Assembly: GCA_945919455.1 (NCBI GenBank) | Contig: CAMEJH010000001.1 | Location: 20,184 to 84,183, forward strand | DNA length: 64,000 nt | Origin: an uncultured Clostridium sp. | GTDB lineage: Bacteria > Bacillota > Clostridia > TANB77 > CAG-508 | Direction: 5' to 3' | In this document: positions 18,311 to 27,573 of the stretch, in pieces | How the letters are laid out: each line of letters opens with the position of its first letter | Position numbering within the stretch: position 1 is the stretch's first letter | Notes under the pieces: model-generated | Database searches by the model: none | What the model was told of the DNA's origin: nothing | What the model saw: the letters and a program-made list of their open reading frames with translations, nothing else | Translations under genes and position numbers: made by a program

Positions 18311-19777
18311 ATGAAAGATAAAAGAAGTGTTAATGTAAGAGGTATAACACTAATTGCATTAGTTGTAACAATTGTAGTATTGCTAATTTTAGCTGCAACT
18401 TCTATAAGTATGTTATCGGGAAACAATGGAATAATAACACAGGCTAAGAATGCTAAAGAAAAAACCGAAGAAGAAGGTGAAAATGAACAAAATCTTTTAG
18501 ACAAGACTGGAAATAGTATAGATAATTATGTTTCTGGTGCTTATGATGGGTGGAATTCTGCAAAAGGAGTAAATCAGCCTAGTCTGTCTTCAAGAATGGT
18601 TGCAGTATACTGGACTGAAGATGGAGAGGAAATTTATTCAAAAATTGCTGAGGATGGAAATCCAGATCCTTCAGGAGAAGTAAATCCAAATTTCGACTGG
18701 AATTTATGGTATGATTATGTTGCGCAAACAGGTACAACAGATGGAACTAGTAAATGGGCTAATGCAATATCACTTGATGGCAATGGAACTTGTTATTGTG
18801 TTTGGATTCCAAGATTTGCATATAAAATAACAAGTGGATTAAATTCAAGTAGCACAGGAAAAGTAGAAATTAAGTTCTTAAAAGGAACTTCAAATGAAGA
18901 TAAAGATGGAAATAAAATAAGTAAAGAGTACCCAGCAACAAATGGTAATGCAATGAGTGATTTTGTAATACATCCATCATTTGTAAATGGAACTGCAAAT
19001 AATTTTTCTAATGGTGAATGGGATTCTGAAATTGGAGGATATTGGGTTGCTAAGTATAAGATGACAACAGATATACAAGGAGAAGATATTTTTCAAGGAA
19101 GTATACCAGGGGAGAACAGAAGGATAAATTATATGGAATATCAATATGCATTAGCTAATTATTATAATAAATCATGTAATAGTCATTTGATAAAAAATAG
19201 TGAATGGGGAGCTATTGCATACTTAACTCAATCTAATTATGGAAGAAATGGAAATAAAGTAAGTGCAAACAATACTTATTATAGTGGAGGTTCCCGAAAT
19301 GCAACTGCAACTACTAATGTCTCTCAAAGTAGTACAGGCAATCCATATGGTATATTTGATTTAGTTGGCGGAGGAGAGTTTGTGGCTGGATATGCTGGAT
19401 TTTTAAATAGAATGACATCAGGACTTGATTTTGCTTATGCTGAATTGCCTAAAATAACTACAGGAACATATTTTAGGTGGAGAGATGATGTATTAAGAAA
19501 TAAGATGGTGAATACAAAATTTATAACTGTATATCCTTGTGACAGAACGAATACTGAAACTGTATATAATTATAATATTTATGCAAATACAAAGATGTTT
19601 GGAGATGCTATATTAGAAACAACAACGGTTAATAACAGTGATTTAAATTCTTGGGAGAATATATCAAATATATATTTTGATTTTAAAAAATGTTATATGA
19701 TTAGAGGAGAAAATGGTATATTTTCTTATGAGGCTATTACTAATGGAGGATATGGCTATCGTATAGTACTTATGTAA
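18311..19777 (+). CDS. Prepilin-type (class III signal) protein with large FGE-sulfatase/C-type-lectin-like C-terminal domain
   Basis: ATG 18311 follows AAAGGGGA. MKDKRSVNVRG-ITLIALVVTIVVLLILAATSI gives a short basic leader, then Gly, then a ~20-residue hydrophobic helix, with Ala rather than Glu at +5. Downstream motifs are FVIHPSF, GYWVAKYKMT, NSEWGAIAYL and NPYGIFDLVGGGEFVAG. Confidence 0.65.
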   Translation: MKDKRSVNVRGITLIALVVTIVVLLILAATSISMLSGNNGIITQAKNAKEKTEEEGENEQNLLDKTGNSIDNYVSGAYDGWNSAKGVNQPSLSSRMVAVYWTEDGEEIYSKIAEDGNPDPSGEVNPNFDWNLWYDYVAQTGTTDGTSKWANAISLDGNGTCYCVWIPRFAYKITSGLNSSSTGKVEIKFLKGTSNEDKDGNKISKEYPATNGNAMSDFVIHPSFVNGTANNFSNGEWDSEIGGYWVAKYKMTTDIQGEDIFQGSIPGENRRINYMEYQYALANYYNKSCNSHLIKNSEWGAIAYLTQSNYGRNGNKVSANNTYYSGGSRNATATTNVSQSSTGNPYGIFDLVGGGEFVAGYAGFLNRMTSGLDFAYAELPKITTGTYFRWRDDVLRNKMVNTKFITVYPCDRTNTETVYNYNIYANTKMFGDAILETTTVNNSDLNSWENISNIYFDFKKCYMIRGENGIFSYEAITNGGYGYRIVLM

Positions 19778-19800
19778 AATTAAATAATATTAATAACACT

Positions 19801-19835
19801 AAGAGACATAATTGCTAAAAGCAAATATGTCTCTT
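19801..19835 (+). terminator. Intercistronic hairpin (possible attenuator/partial terminator)
   Basis: aagagacata, 15 nt, tatgtctctt: perfect 10-bp stem with only a weak T tract after it. Confidence 0.4.
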
Positions 19836-19862
19836 TACTATAAAAATGGATGGACTAAAATT

Positions 19863-21269
19863 ATGAAAGAAAAAATAAAAAATTCAATTAATAATATAAC
19901 GGACATTATATTGTGTAGAGCATCAAAAGAAACGTTTTATAAATATGAAAAACAATTATTATTTTTATCGTTATTTATATTAATGTTTTATTATATGGTA
20001 ATATTTAGATTTAATGATTTAGGATTAGTTGCTACATTTTCTTGGCTATTATATCCATTTTTTATAGCGCTATATATACCATTAATTCATAGTGCATTTT
20101 ACCATATAAAAAATAAAGAATTTAAAATAAAATTAATAGACATAGCATTTGTAATTTATATAATATTTTGTATAATTGCAACAATATTTTCAGAAACACC
20201 ATACAATTCAATATTTGGAAATGGAATTAGAAATGAAGGTATATTCACAATTATATTTTATTTCTTAGTATATTTGTTAGGAAGAAACATTGTAAACAAA
20301 GATAACATACTAGAATTAATAAACTTTATTTTTATTTTTGGAATAGTACAGGTGATTGCTGGATTATTTCAATCATATTATACATGGAATTCTTATTTTG
20401 ATGAAATGGCCTATGGATATGCAAGTAATCCAAATATGTTTGGATTATTGATGGGAATGCTACTTACAATAGCAGTTGGATTATATTTTAATGAAAATGA
20501 ACATATTAACAAATATAAATATTTTTATCTAGTTTGTATTATATTATTTTATACTGGTTTAGTATTAGCAGAATCAGCTGGACCATTCTTTTCATTTATA
20601 GGAATGCTAGGAATAATGTTTATTTACTATATAATAAAAAAGGTAAAAGTAAAGAAAATGCTATTAATTTTGCTAATTTTTATAGTACTATTTCCAATAA
20701 TCCAATTTACCAATAGGGCTGCTAATGAATACTATTTAAGAGATGCCGAATATAAGACATATATAACAAACAACAACACAGATTATTCAAAATTATATAC
20801 AGATGTTATTACTATAATAAATAAAATAATTCCAAAGAAAAATACAGAAACAGAAGAAAATACTAGTAATACTCAAAACGATGATACAAAAAGAACAATA
20901 GATAATGGAAGAATTGCTGAATGGAAGCTTGTTATAAAAGAAGTAAAGAAAAATTGGAAAAATGGAGTAGGATTAGATTGCTTAAATATTTATTATAATG
21001 GAAGAGGATATTGGGAGATTCTAGATAAAGCACATAACCAATATTTAGATATACTAGTTAGTATAGGAGTGTTTGGATGTATTACATATTTAACAATGAT
21101 GATAATTGTAACATTAAAAGGTATAAAAAATAAAAATGCCATATCAAAAACAATATTTTTTGGCTTTTTATATTATTCAATTGCAATATTTGTTAACATA
21201 AGTACACCATTTGTAGCAATATATTATTATATAATAGTGGGATTAATAATTGGTCTTTGTGAAAAATGA
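19863..21269 (+). CDS. O-antigen ligase family (Wzy_C domain) polytopic membrane protein
   Basis: Many hydrophobic helices. Extracytoplasmic loop motif NGRIAEWKLV..NGVGLD..DKAHNQYLDILVSIGVFG, typical of the WaaL/PglL/PilO/Wzy family. The track start 19812 lies inside the upstream hairpin, so ATG 19863 is preferred. Confidence 0.7.
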   Translation: MKEKIKNSINNITDIILCRASKETFYKYEKQLLFLSLFILMFYYMVIFRFNDLGLVATFSWLLYPFFIALYIPLIHSAFYHIKNKEFKIKLIDIAFVIYIIFCIIATIFSETPYNSIFGNGIRNEGIFTIIFYFLVYLLGRNIVNKDNILELINFIFIFGIVQVIAGLFQSYYTWNSYFDEMAYGYASNPNMFGLLMGMLLTIAVGLYFNENEHINKYKYFYLVCIILFYTGLVLAESAGPFFSFIGMLGIMFIYYIIKKVKVKKMLLILLIFIVLFPIIQFTNRAANEYYLRDAEYKTYITNNNTDYSKLYTDVITIINKIIPKKNTETEENTSNTQNDDTKRTIDNGRIAEWKLVIKEVKKNWKNGVGLDCLNIYYNGRGYWEILDKAHNQYLDILVSIGVFGCITYLTMMIIVTLKGIKNKNAISKTIFFGFLYYSIAIFVNISTPFVAIYYYIIVGLIIGLCEK

Positions 21270-21283
21270 AAATAAATTCAAAA

Positions 21284-21312
21284 AAATAGCAAGTAAAGCC
21301 TTGCTATTTTTT
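21284..21312 (+). terminator. Rho-independent terminator after the Wzy_C gene
   Basis: aaatagcaag-taaagc-cttgctattt followed by TTT. Confidence 0.7.
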
Positions 21313-21363
21313 GATTTGCATAGTAAAATATACTCAGAAAAAAAGTCGAAGGGAGAGACTATT

Positions 21364-23670
21364 TTGAAAAAGGAAAATAAGGAACTAGAACTATCAAAAA
21401 AATTGGAATATATAGGATTAAATTTAGATGAAATACCAGAAACACTAAAATTAGTAGAAGACTTACAATTTAAGCCAAATGTAGGACTTGATGAAAAAAA
21501 ATACAGACAATATAGATTTGTGTCTCCTAAAGAAATAGAAATATTATTATCACCAACAAATAGATTAGATGATGTAAAAGAAAAATACTCAAAAGCAAGC
21601 CCATTAGTATCTTATTTAATCCCAAACAATGAGGAAAATGCTGAAAGATGTGAAATATTTAAAAATATGCTAAGAGAAGTTAAAATTGAAGAAATTGAAA
21701 AAATAGAGCAAGATCAACAGGCATTGAATAAAAAGATTCCATTTAAAGTAAGATATCCAGGAAACTATTTATGGCAGATATATTATTCTTCAGCAAGTAA
21801 CAAATATTTTATGATTGTACCAACTGAAGATAAAGATTACTCAACATTTTTTTATGTTCTAAAGAAACAAATAGAAAAGAAAAAAGCAGGAAAAGTATTT
21901 GTACCAATATGTAATGCAGACTATTCAAAAGAATTATTGAATAAAACAGAAATACAAAGCTTAGAGAACTATTTATGGCTATTTACAAAAGATTGGCCTT
22001 CAATATATGAAGTATATGATAAAAATGAAAAAGTAAGCTTACAAATAGTTGGAACAACAGAAGTATATGGAAAAATAAAATCAGAGTATAAAGTAAAACT
22101 TTCAAACAAAATTGAAGCAACAAAATTTTTTAAATTAGTAAAAGCACTATTTATATTGCAATCAGAATTACCAAATTATTATAAATTTGATACACAAATA
22201 GATAAACAAGGAAGTCTAGAATTCTACTATGAAGGACAATTGCTACAATATGATGATTTAAGTGATTGGGTAAATGATCAATACAAAAAATTATTAGAAA
22301 TTCAAAAAAAATCTACAAAAGAAAATTCAGAATTAAAAGAAAAATTAAATAAATTGAAAAATCAATCAGAAGAATTAGAAATGGAATATTTGTCTAAAGA
22401 AAAACAAATATCAACATTTTTAGAATGCAAAAAAACCTTTTTTGGCAAAGTAAAATACTTTTTCAAATATAGTGGAAAAAAATCAAAAAGAAAAGAAGAA
22501 AAGCCAAAAGAAGTTAAGCAAGAAAAAGTTAAAATTGAAAAAGAAGAAGAAATAGACGAAACATTAAAAAAACAATACACCTTAGATGAATTACTAGAAA
22601 AAGGGAAAAAAGCTAGTGAAAAAGAAACAGAATTAAAAAACACTAAAATGGATATAAATGCTTTAAAATTAAAAAATGTAAATCTAGTAAAGAAAATAGA
22701 AAATGCAACAGCATTTATAGATGAGATAGATAGTCATAAAAAGAGCATATTTGAATTCTGGAAATATAGTAATAAAGATGAAGTACAAGCTCTAGAAGAA
22801 GGCGAAGAAGAACCTGTAAATGTAAAGCCACATTCAAAAGTATTTGACTATGAAGAAGATTTTGACGAATTTGGAACAACAATGGACAAAATACAAAGAG
22901 ATATTTTGTCAAAAGAAGAATTAGATAGCATATACTTAACAACAACAAATCAAATAGAAATAATGAATAAATTAAAAACAAATACCACAGAGCCAAAAGA
23001 ATTAGACAAATGGCTAAAACAAATAAAAACAGATCTAAAAAATGAAAAAGACATGACAGAAGAAGAGGTTGTAGATATATTCGGAGGACTATCAGAAGAT
23101 ACTAGAAAAGTAAAAAAATTGGCTAATAAATCTCACAGAGAACAACCAAAAAATAAATATTCAATATTAAAAATATCAAAGTCTATAAAAACAGTAGATT
23201 ATAAAGTTGCGCTGAACAATGCTATAAGAACTATAGATAAAGCAATAAACAAAAATCAATTAGGACAGGAAATTTCAGCATATGAATGGACTGAGGAGGA
23301 AAATATAGATCCTAATAAGATTAATATATTTAATCTAGATCCTGAAAAGGAAATAGAAGAAGCATTAAAAGCAACAGAGAATACAAAAATTAATTTATAT
23401 AAAATGAATTTAAATAAAGGAATTAATGCAATAGCATTTTCAAATTGTGTTTATTTTGATAATCAGAACAAAACATTGCCTTTAGGAATGGATAAAGATA
23501 CTAGAATATTAACAAAAATATTAGATACAGATATACAACTAAATAGTAAAAAAACTGTAAGAGTTGGAAGATTAGAAGATGAAAAAGACGAGGCTTCTAA
23601 ATTGATTATAAAAACAATAAATATATTAGAATATACTGTAAAACCAATAGAAGAGAATACAGAAAAATAA
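21364..23670 (+). CDS. Large orphan cytoplasmic protein with central Lys/Glu-rich coiled-coil region (~769 aa)
   Basis: TTG 21364 lies 6 nt after GGGAGAG. The ORF-track extension back to 21250 runs through the upstream terminator. No TM or signal peptide. The central part (..ELKEKLNKLKNQSEELEMEYLSKEKQ..KRKEEKPKEVKQEKVKIEKEEE..) looks coiled-coil. No family recognised. Its stop is 11 nt before era. Confidence 0.6.
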   Translation: MKKENKELELSKKLEYIGLNLDEIPETLKLVEDLQFKPNVGLDEKKYRQYRFVSPKEIEILLSPTNRLDDVKEKYSKASPLVSYLIPNNEENAERCEIFKNMLREVKIEEIEKIEQDQQALNKKIPFKVRYPGNYLWQIYYSSASNKYFMIVPTEDKDYSTFFYVLKKQIEKKKAGKVFVPICNADYSKELLNKTEIQSLENYLWLFTKDWPSIYEVYDKNEKVSLQIVGTTEVYGKIKSEYKVKLSNKIEATKFFKLVKALFILQSELPNYYKFDTQIDKQGSLEFYYEGQLLQYDDLSDWVNDQYKKLLEIQKKSTKENSELKEKLNKLKNQSEELEMEYLSKEKQISTFLECKKTFFGKVKYFFKYSGKKSKRKEEKPKEVKQEKVKIEKEEEIDETLKKQYTLDELLEKGKKASEKETELKNTKMDINALKLKNVNLVKKIENATAFIDEIDSHKKSIFEFWKYSNKDEVQALEEGEEEPVNVKPHSKVFDYEEDFDEFGTTMDKIQRDILSKEELDSIYLTTTNQIEIMNKLKTNTTEPKELDKWLKQIKTDLKNEKDMTEEEVVDIFGGLSEDTRKVKKLANKSHREQPKNKYSILKISKSIKTVDYKVALNNAIRTIDKAINKNQLGQEISAYEWTEEENIDPNKINIFNLDPEKEIEEALKATENTKINLYKMNLNKGINAIAFSNCVYFDNQNKTLPLGMDKDTRILTKILDTDIQLNSKKTVRVGRLEDEKDEASKLIIKTINILEYTVKPIEENTEK

Positions 23671-23681
23671 ATGGAGGAAAT

Positions 23682-24584
23682 ATGACAGAATTCAAATCAG
23701 GCTTTGTAGCAGTTTTAGGAAGAACTAATGTAGGAAAGTCTACATTAGTTAATCTTCTTGTAGGAGAAAAAGTTGCTGCAACAGCTAATAAAGTACAAAC
23801 AACGCGTACTGCAATAAAAGGAATCGTAAATAGAGAAAATTCACAAATAATATTCATAGATACACCAGGAATACATAAACCAAAAACAAAATTAAATGAA
23901 ACAATGGTAGAAACATCATTTGGAGTAATTGATGGTATTGATCTAATATTATTTGTAATAGAAGCAACAAGTAGCGAAATTGGTAGAGGAGACATGAAAA
24001 TTTTAGAAAAAATAAAAGAATCTAAAAAGAAAACAATATTAATAATTAATAAGATAGATTTAGTTAAAAAAGAAAAATTATTGCAATTAATTGATATATA
24101 CCAAAAAGAATATGATTTTGAAGCTGTTATACCAGTATCTTCGTTAAAAGAGAAGTATAGAGATGTTATTTTAGATGAAATAGAAAAGAACTTAAAACCA
24201 GGACCTGCATATTATAATATAGAAGAATATACAGACCAAACATTGAGGCAACTAGCAGAAGAAACAATTAGAGAGAAAGCATTAATGCTATTACAAGATG
24301 AAGTACCACATGGAATATATGTAGAAGTAGAAAAAATGAAGTTTAGAAAAAATCAAAAAGGTGAGGATTTGTATGATATAGAAGCAACAATTTATTGTTT
24401 GCGTAATTCTCACAAAGGAATTATAATAGGTAAAGATGGAAACATGCTAAAACGTATTGGTCAAGCTGCAAGAATAGATATGGAAAAAAACTTTGGAACA
24501 AAAGTAAATTTAAAAACATGGGTAAAAGTAAAAGAAGACTGGCAAGATGATGCCTCAATTATTAAACGCTTCAAATTGGAATAA
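23682..24584 (+). CDS. era: GTPase Era
   Basis: G1 GRTNVGKST, G3 DTPG, G4 NKID, and a C-terminal KH domain (..HKGIIIGKDGNMLKRIG..). Confidence 0.95.
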   Translation: MTEFKSGFVAVLGRTNVGKSTLVNLLVGEKVAATANKVQTTRTAIKGIVNRENSQIIFIDTPGIHKPKTKLNETMVETSFGVIDGIDLILFVIEATSSEIGRGDMKILEKIKESKKKTILIINKIDLVKKEKLLQLIDIYQKEYDFEAVIPVSSLKEKYRDVILDEIEKNLKPGPAYYNIEEYTDQTLRQLAEETIREKALMLLQDEVPHGIYVEVEKMKFRKNQKGEDLYDIEATIYCLRNSHKGIIIGKDGNMLKRIGQAARIDMEKNFGTKVNLKTWVKVKEDWQDDASIIKRFKLE

Positions 24585-24597
24585 TTCAATAATAATA

Positions 24598-24692
24598 AAA
24601 AATTTTAAAATATAACTATTTCGTAGCCGAAACATATCTAGGGTCTTCGCGTAGGTCTCGGCTTTACTCAATAGTGATATTTGAAAATTTTT
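24598..24692 (+). repeat. Structured palindromic intergenic element, copy A (divergent)
   Basis: The outer arms aaaaattttaaaatataactatt / aatagtgatatttgaaaattttt pair at 21 of 23 positions. The core reads ..gtagccgaaacatatctagggtcttcgcgtaggtctcggctttac... Starts 13 nt after the era stop. Confidence 0.85.
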
Positions 24693-24752
24693 AATTATTA
24701 ATATGAATAAATTGTCCAAAATTGCAAAAGATAGAATTAAGGAAGTGAGCTT

Positions 24753-24908
24753 ATGATTAAAAAAATTGCATGGGATACTTTTAAAAATACAGGAGACGTA
24801 AATACGTTTTTAGAATTCAAACAAATAAAAGATTTAGAAGAACAAATACAAGGGCAAAAGGCGGAGCAAAATGGGAACTATAAAATCAAGTGGGATAATA
24901 ATTTCTGA
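24753..24908 (+). CDS. yqzL: YqzL-like small protein (51 aa), below the ORF-track cut-off
   Basis: MIKKIAWDTFKNTGDVNTFLEFKQIKDLEEQIQ... resembles Bacillus YqzL, which also lies between era and recO. GGAAGTGAG RBS upstream. The 3' end overlaps the recO start in another frame. Confidence 0.6.
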   Translation: MIKKIAWDTFKNTGDVNTFLEFKQIKDLEEQIQGQKAEQNGNYKIKWDNNF

Positions 24909-25575
24909 AAATAATTCAGGAGACTATGATAAAATGCTAACAATGCTAACACCAGGATTGGGCAAAATTTCGTGTGTAGCAAAAGGCGCTAGACGTCCAA
25001 GAAGCGCCTTACTTGCAGGCACACAATTTTTGTGCTTTGGAGAATATCTAATGTATAAAGGTTCGAATACATACAATATAAATTCATGTGAAACAATAGA
25101 AGTTTTTTATAATTTGCGTACAGATTTAGATAAATTAAATCATGCTGTAGACATAACAAAAATAATAAGAGATGTTACAGAAGAAAATCAAAACTGCTAT
25201 AAAATCTTACAATTATATTTAAATACTTTATATACTTTATCAGAGACGGATAAGGATCCGGAATTAGTTATTAGTATATTTAAATTAAAATTATTATGTT
25301 TTTTAGGATTTACTCCAAGAATACAAGAGTGTACAAATTGCAAACAAAAAAATGAATTACAGTATTTTAGCTTAAAAGATAATGGCTTTAAATGCGAAGC
25401 TTGTAGTAGACAAGATAAAAGTTGTATAAAAATGAGCGAAAGTACAGCAAATGCAATAAAATATATAGTAATGTCTCCAGCCAAAAAACTATACTCATTT
25501 AATTTAAAAGATGATTCTTTAGAAGAATTAAAACTTATAACAAAATTATATTTTAATGAAAAGTTGGAAATTTAA
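24871..25575 (+). CDS. recO: DNA repair protein RecO
   Basis: N-terminal OB-fold region (SSGIIISENNSGDYDKMLTMLTPGLGKISCVAKGARRPRS) and a zinc-finger CTNC..CEAC. Standard position after era. Confidence 0.9.
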   Translation: MGTIKSSGIIISENNSGDYDKMLTMLTPGLGKISCVAKGARRPRSALLAGTQFLCFGEYLMYKGSNTYNINSCETIEVFYNLRTDLDKLNHAVDITKIIRDVTEENQNCYKILQLYLNTLYTLSETDKDPELVISIFKLKLLCFLGFTPRIQECTNCKQKNELQYFSLKDNGFKCEACSRQDKSCIKMSESTANAIKYIVMSPAKKLYSFNLKDDSLEELKLITKLYFNEKLEI

Positions 25576-25604
25576 GTAATAATGCTTTAGTTTCCAATTT
25601 TTTT
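25564..25604 (+). terminator. Possible terminator after recO
   Basis: ttggaaa, 20 nt, tttccaa, followed by T7. Short stem and large loop. Confidence 0.35.
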
Positions 25605-25737
25605 ATGAGTATAACTCGTAAATTATAAAAAATAATAAGAAATTTTACTTAAAATGATGAAATATTAGGAAAACAATGATATAATGAGGCAGTATTATAA
25701 TAGGAATAATATAACTATAATTTTGAAAGGATTTATT

Positions 25738-26766
25738 ATGGAAGAATTAGTTGATATATTAGTTACAACATATAATACCAATGAAAAATATTTAAGAAAA
25801 CAAATTGAAAGTATAATAAAACAGACTTATACAAATATAAAGATATACATAAGTGATGATAGGTCAACGGATGAAAATGTTGAAAAAATTTTGAAAGAAT
25901 ATGAGAAAAAAGATGAGAGAATAAAAGTATTTATTCAACCAATAAATCTTGGATATAATAAAAATTTTGAATTTTTATTAAAAAAATCTAAGGCAAATTA
26001 TGTAATGTTTGCTGATCATGATGATGTATGGCATAGGGATAAAGTAGAAAAAAGTTTAAAAAAGATTCAAAAAGAAAATGTGGACATGGTTTATTGCAAT
26101 TGTAGACAAATAGATGAAAATGGAATGGTTTTGCAAGATGACTATTTTAAATATAAAAATGTTCCTTTAATAAAAGGAAAAGATAAACTAGCAATATCAA
26201 GATGTGCTGGATTAGGGTGTTCACAAATAATTACTAAAGAAGTTAGAAATAAGATGATACCATTCAAAAAAAATGTAATAGCTCATGATTGGCTAGCTGC
26301 ATTTATAGCAAATGAAGGAAATGGTATAGATTATATAGAAGAACCATTATTTGATTATAGATTACATACTAATAATGTGTTTGGAGGAAGAAATTTAAAT
26401 AGCAATATTTTAAAATGGAAAGAAAAAAATGGAGAAGGTTATGAATCTTATCTAAAATATAGAAAAGATGTAATAGAAAGTGCATATTTAAAAGGAATAA
26501 TTATGTGCAATCAATATTGTAAAGAAGAAGAAAATAGATTATTTATTTTAGAAGCCAAAAGATATTATGAAAGTCTTTTAGAAACGAAAAAAGTTAATTG
26601 GAATATAAAAAAATATTTTCGTGTATTGTATGGAAAAAATCAATTTAAAAAAAGTATAAGAGAAATATTGCTATTTCATTTTCCAATAATCGGATATATC
26701 AAATTTGCTAGAGTAAAGATAAAATGCAAATATAAAATGATATGTGACCAGAAAGGAAATAATTAA
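25738..26766 (+). CDS. Glycosyltransferase family 2 (rhamnosyltransferase-like class found next to Wzm/Wzt)
   Basis: ATG 25738 follows AAAGGA. DILVTTYNTNEKYLRKQIESIIKQTY..ISDDRSTDENV..NLGYNKNFEFLL..FADHDDVW. Paralog of 30127-31116. Confidence 0.75.
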   Translation: MEELVDILVTTYNTNEKYLRKQIESIIKQTYTNIKIYISDDRSTDENVEKILKEYEKKDERIKVFIQPINLGYNKNFEFLLKKSKANYVMFADHDDVWHRDKVEKSLKKIQKENVDMVYCNCRQIDENGMVLQDDYFKYKNVPLIKGKDKLAISRCAGLGCSQIITKEVRNKMIPFKKNVIAHDWLAAFIANEGNGIDYIEEPLFDYRLHTNNVFGGRNLNSNILKWKEKNGEGYESYLKYRKDVIESAYLKGIIMCNQYCKEEENRLFILEAKRYYESLLETKKVNWNIKKYFRVLYGKNQFKKSIREILLFHFPIIGYIKFARVKIKCKYKMICDQKGNN

Positions 26767-26767
26767 A

Positions 26768-27559
26768 ATGGAATTTATAAAAGCAGTTATAAAAGATAAA
26801 AAGTTAATATGGCAATTAGGAAGAAATGACTTTAAAAATAGATTTGCTAATACAAGTTTAGGTGCAATATGGGGATTTTTACAACCATTTGTATTTATGT
26901 TGACATACGCGATTGTATTTCAATATATATTAAAAACAGGAAGTAGCGGAAATATACCATATGCAGTTTGGTTTTTTCCAGGAATGGCGATGTGGCAATG
27001 GATAAATGATAGTATAATGTCTGCAAGCAATTCTATAAGAACTTATAGTTATTTAGTAAAAAAAGTAGTGTTTCCTGTAGATATAATTCCAATGATATCA
27101 ATTGTAGCATCAAGCTTTGTTGGTCTATTTTTAATATTAATTGCAACAATATTATGTATTATTTATAAATATATGCCTAATATTTTATTATTACTATATG
27201 TAGTAATAGCAGCTTATTGCTTTATAATAGCATTTACAAGATTTACATCAGCAATTACTACAGTAGTACCAGATTTTGCTAATTTATTAGGAATAGCTAT
27301 GCAATTGTTTTTCTGGTTTACACCAGTAATCTGGAATTTAAATATGTTGGTAGAACATCCAATATTAGCAAAAATTATGAGATGTACTCCATTTACATAT
27401 TTAGTTACTACATTTAGACAGGTATTTATAGGGGAAAATATAGTTTTTGCAGAGCATGGATTATATACATTAGTTTTTTGGATAATAACTATTATAATGT
27501 TTGTTTGGGGAAATGCAGTGTTTAAGAGAACTAAGAAGGACTTTGCCGATGTCTTATAA
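26768..27559 (+). CDS. ABC-2 type polysaccharide/teichoic-acid export permease (Wzm/TagG/RgpC-like)
   Basis: ATG 26768 follows AAAGGAA. NDFKNRFANTSLGAIWGFLQPF is an N-terminal motif typical of ABC-2 glycan permeases. Six hydrophobic segments. Confidence 0.85.
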   Translation: MEFIKAVIKDKKLIWQLGRNDFKNRFANTSLGAIWGFLQPFVFMLTYAIVFQYILKTGSSGNIPYAVWFFPGMAMWQWINDSIMSASNSIRTYSYLVKKVVFPVDIIPMISIVASSFVGLFLILIATILCIIYKYMPNILLLLYVVIAAYCFIIAFTRFTSAITTVVPDFANLLGIAMQLFFWFTPVIWNLNMLVEHPILAKIMRCTPFTYLVTTFRQVFIGENIVFAEHGLYTLVFWIITIIMFVWGNAVFKRTKKDFADVL

Positions 27560-27573
27560 ATTGGAGGATAGAA

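Noticed and set aside
19812-19862. Upstream TTG start for the Wzy_C gene given in the ORF track
   Set aside because: The extension begins inside the 19801-19835 hairpin and has no RBS. ATG 19863 was chosen, though its RBS is also weak.
21250-21363. N-terminal extension (MVFVKNENKF..) of the 806-aa ORF
   Set aside because: It overlaps the end of the Wzy_C gene and runs through the 21284-21312 terminator. TTG 21364 has a GGGAGAG RBS at proper spacing.
23606-23995. 129-aa minus-strand ORF spanning the era start
   Set aside because: It is antisense to era and to the preceding ORF, and has no independent support.
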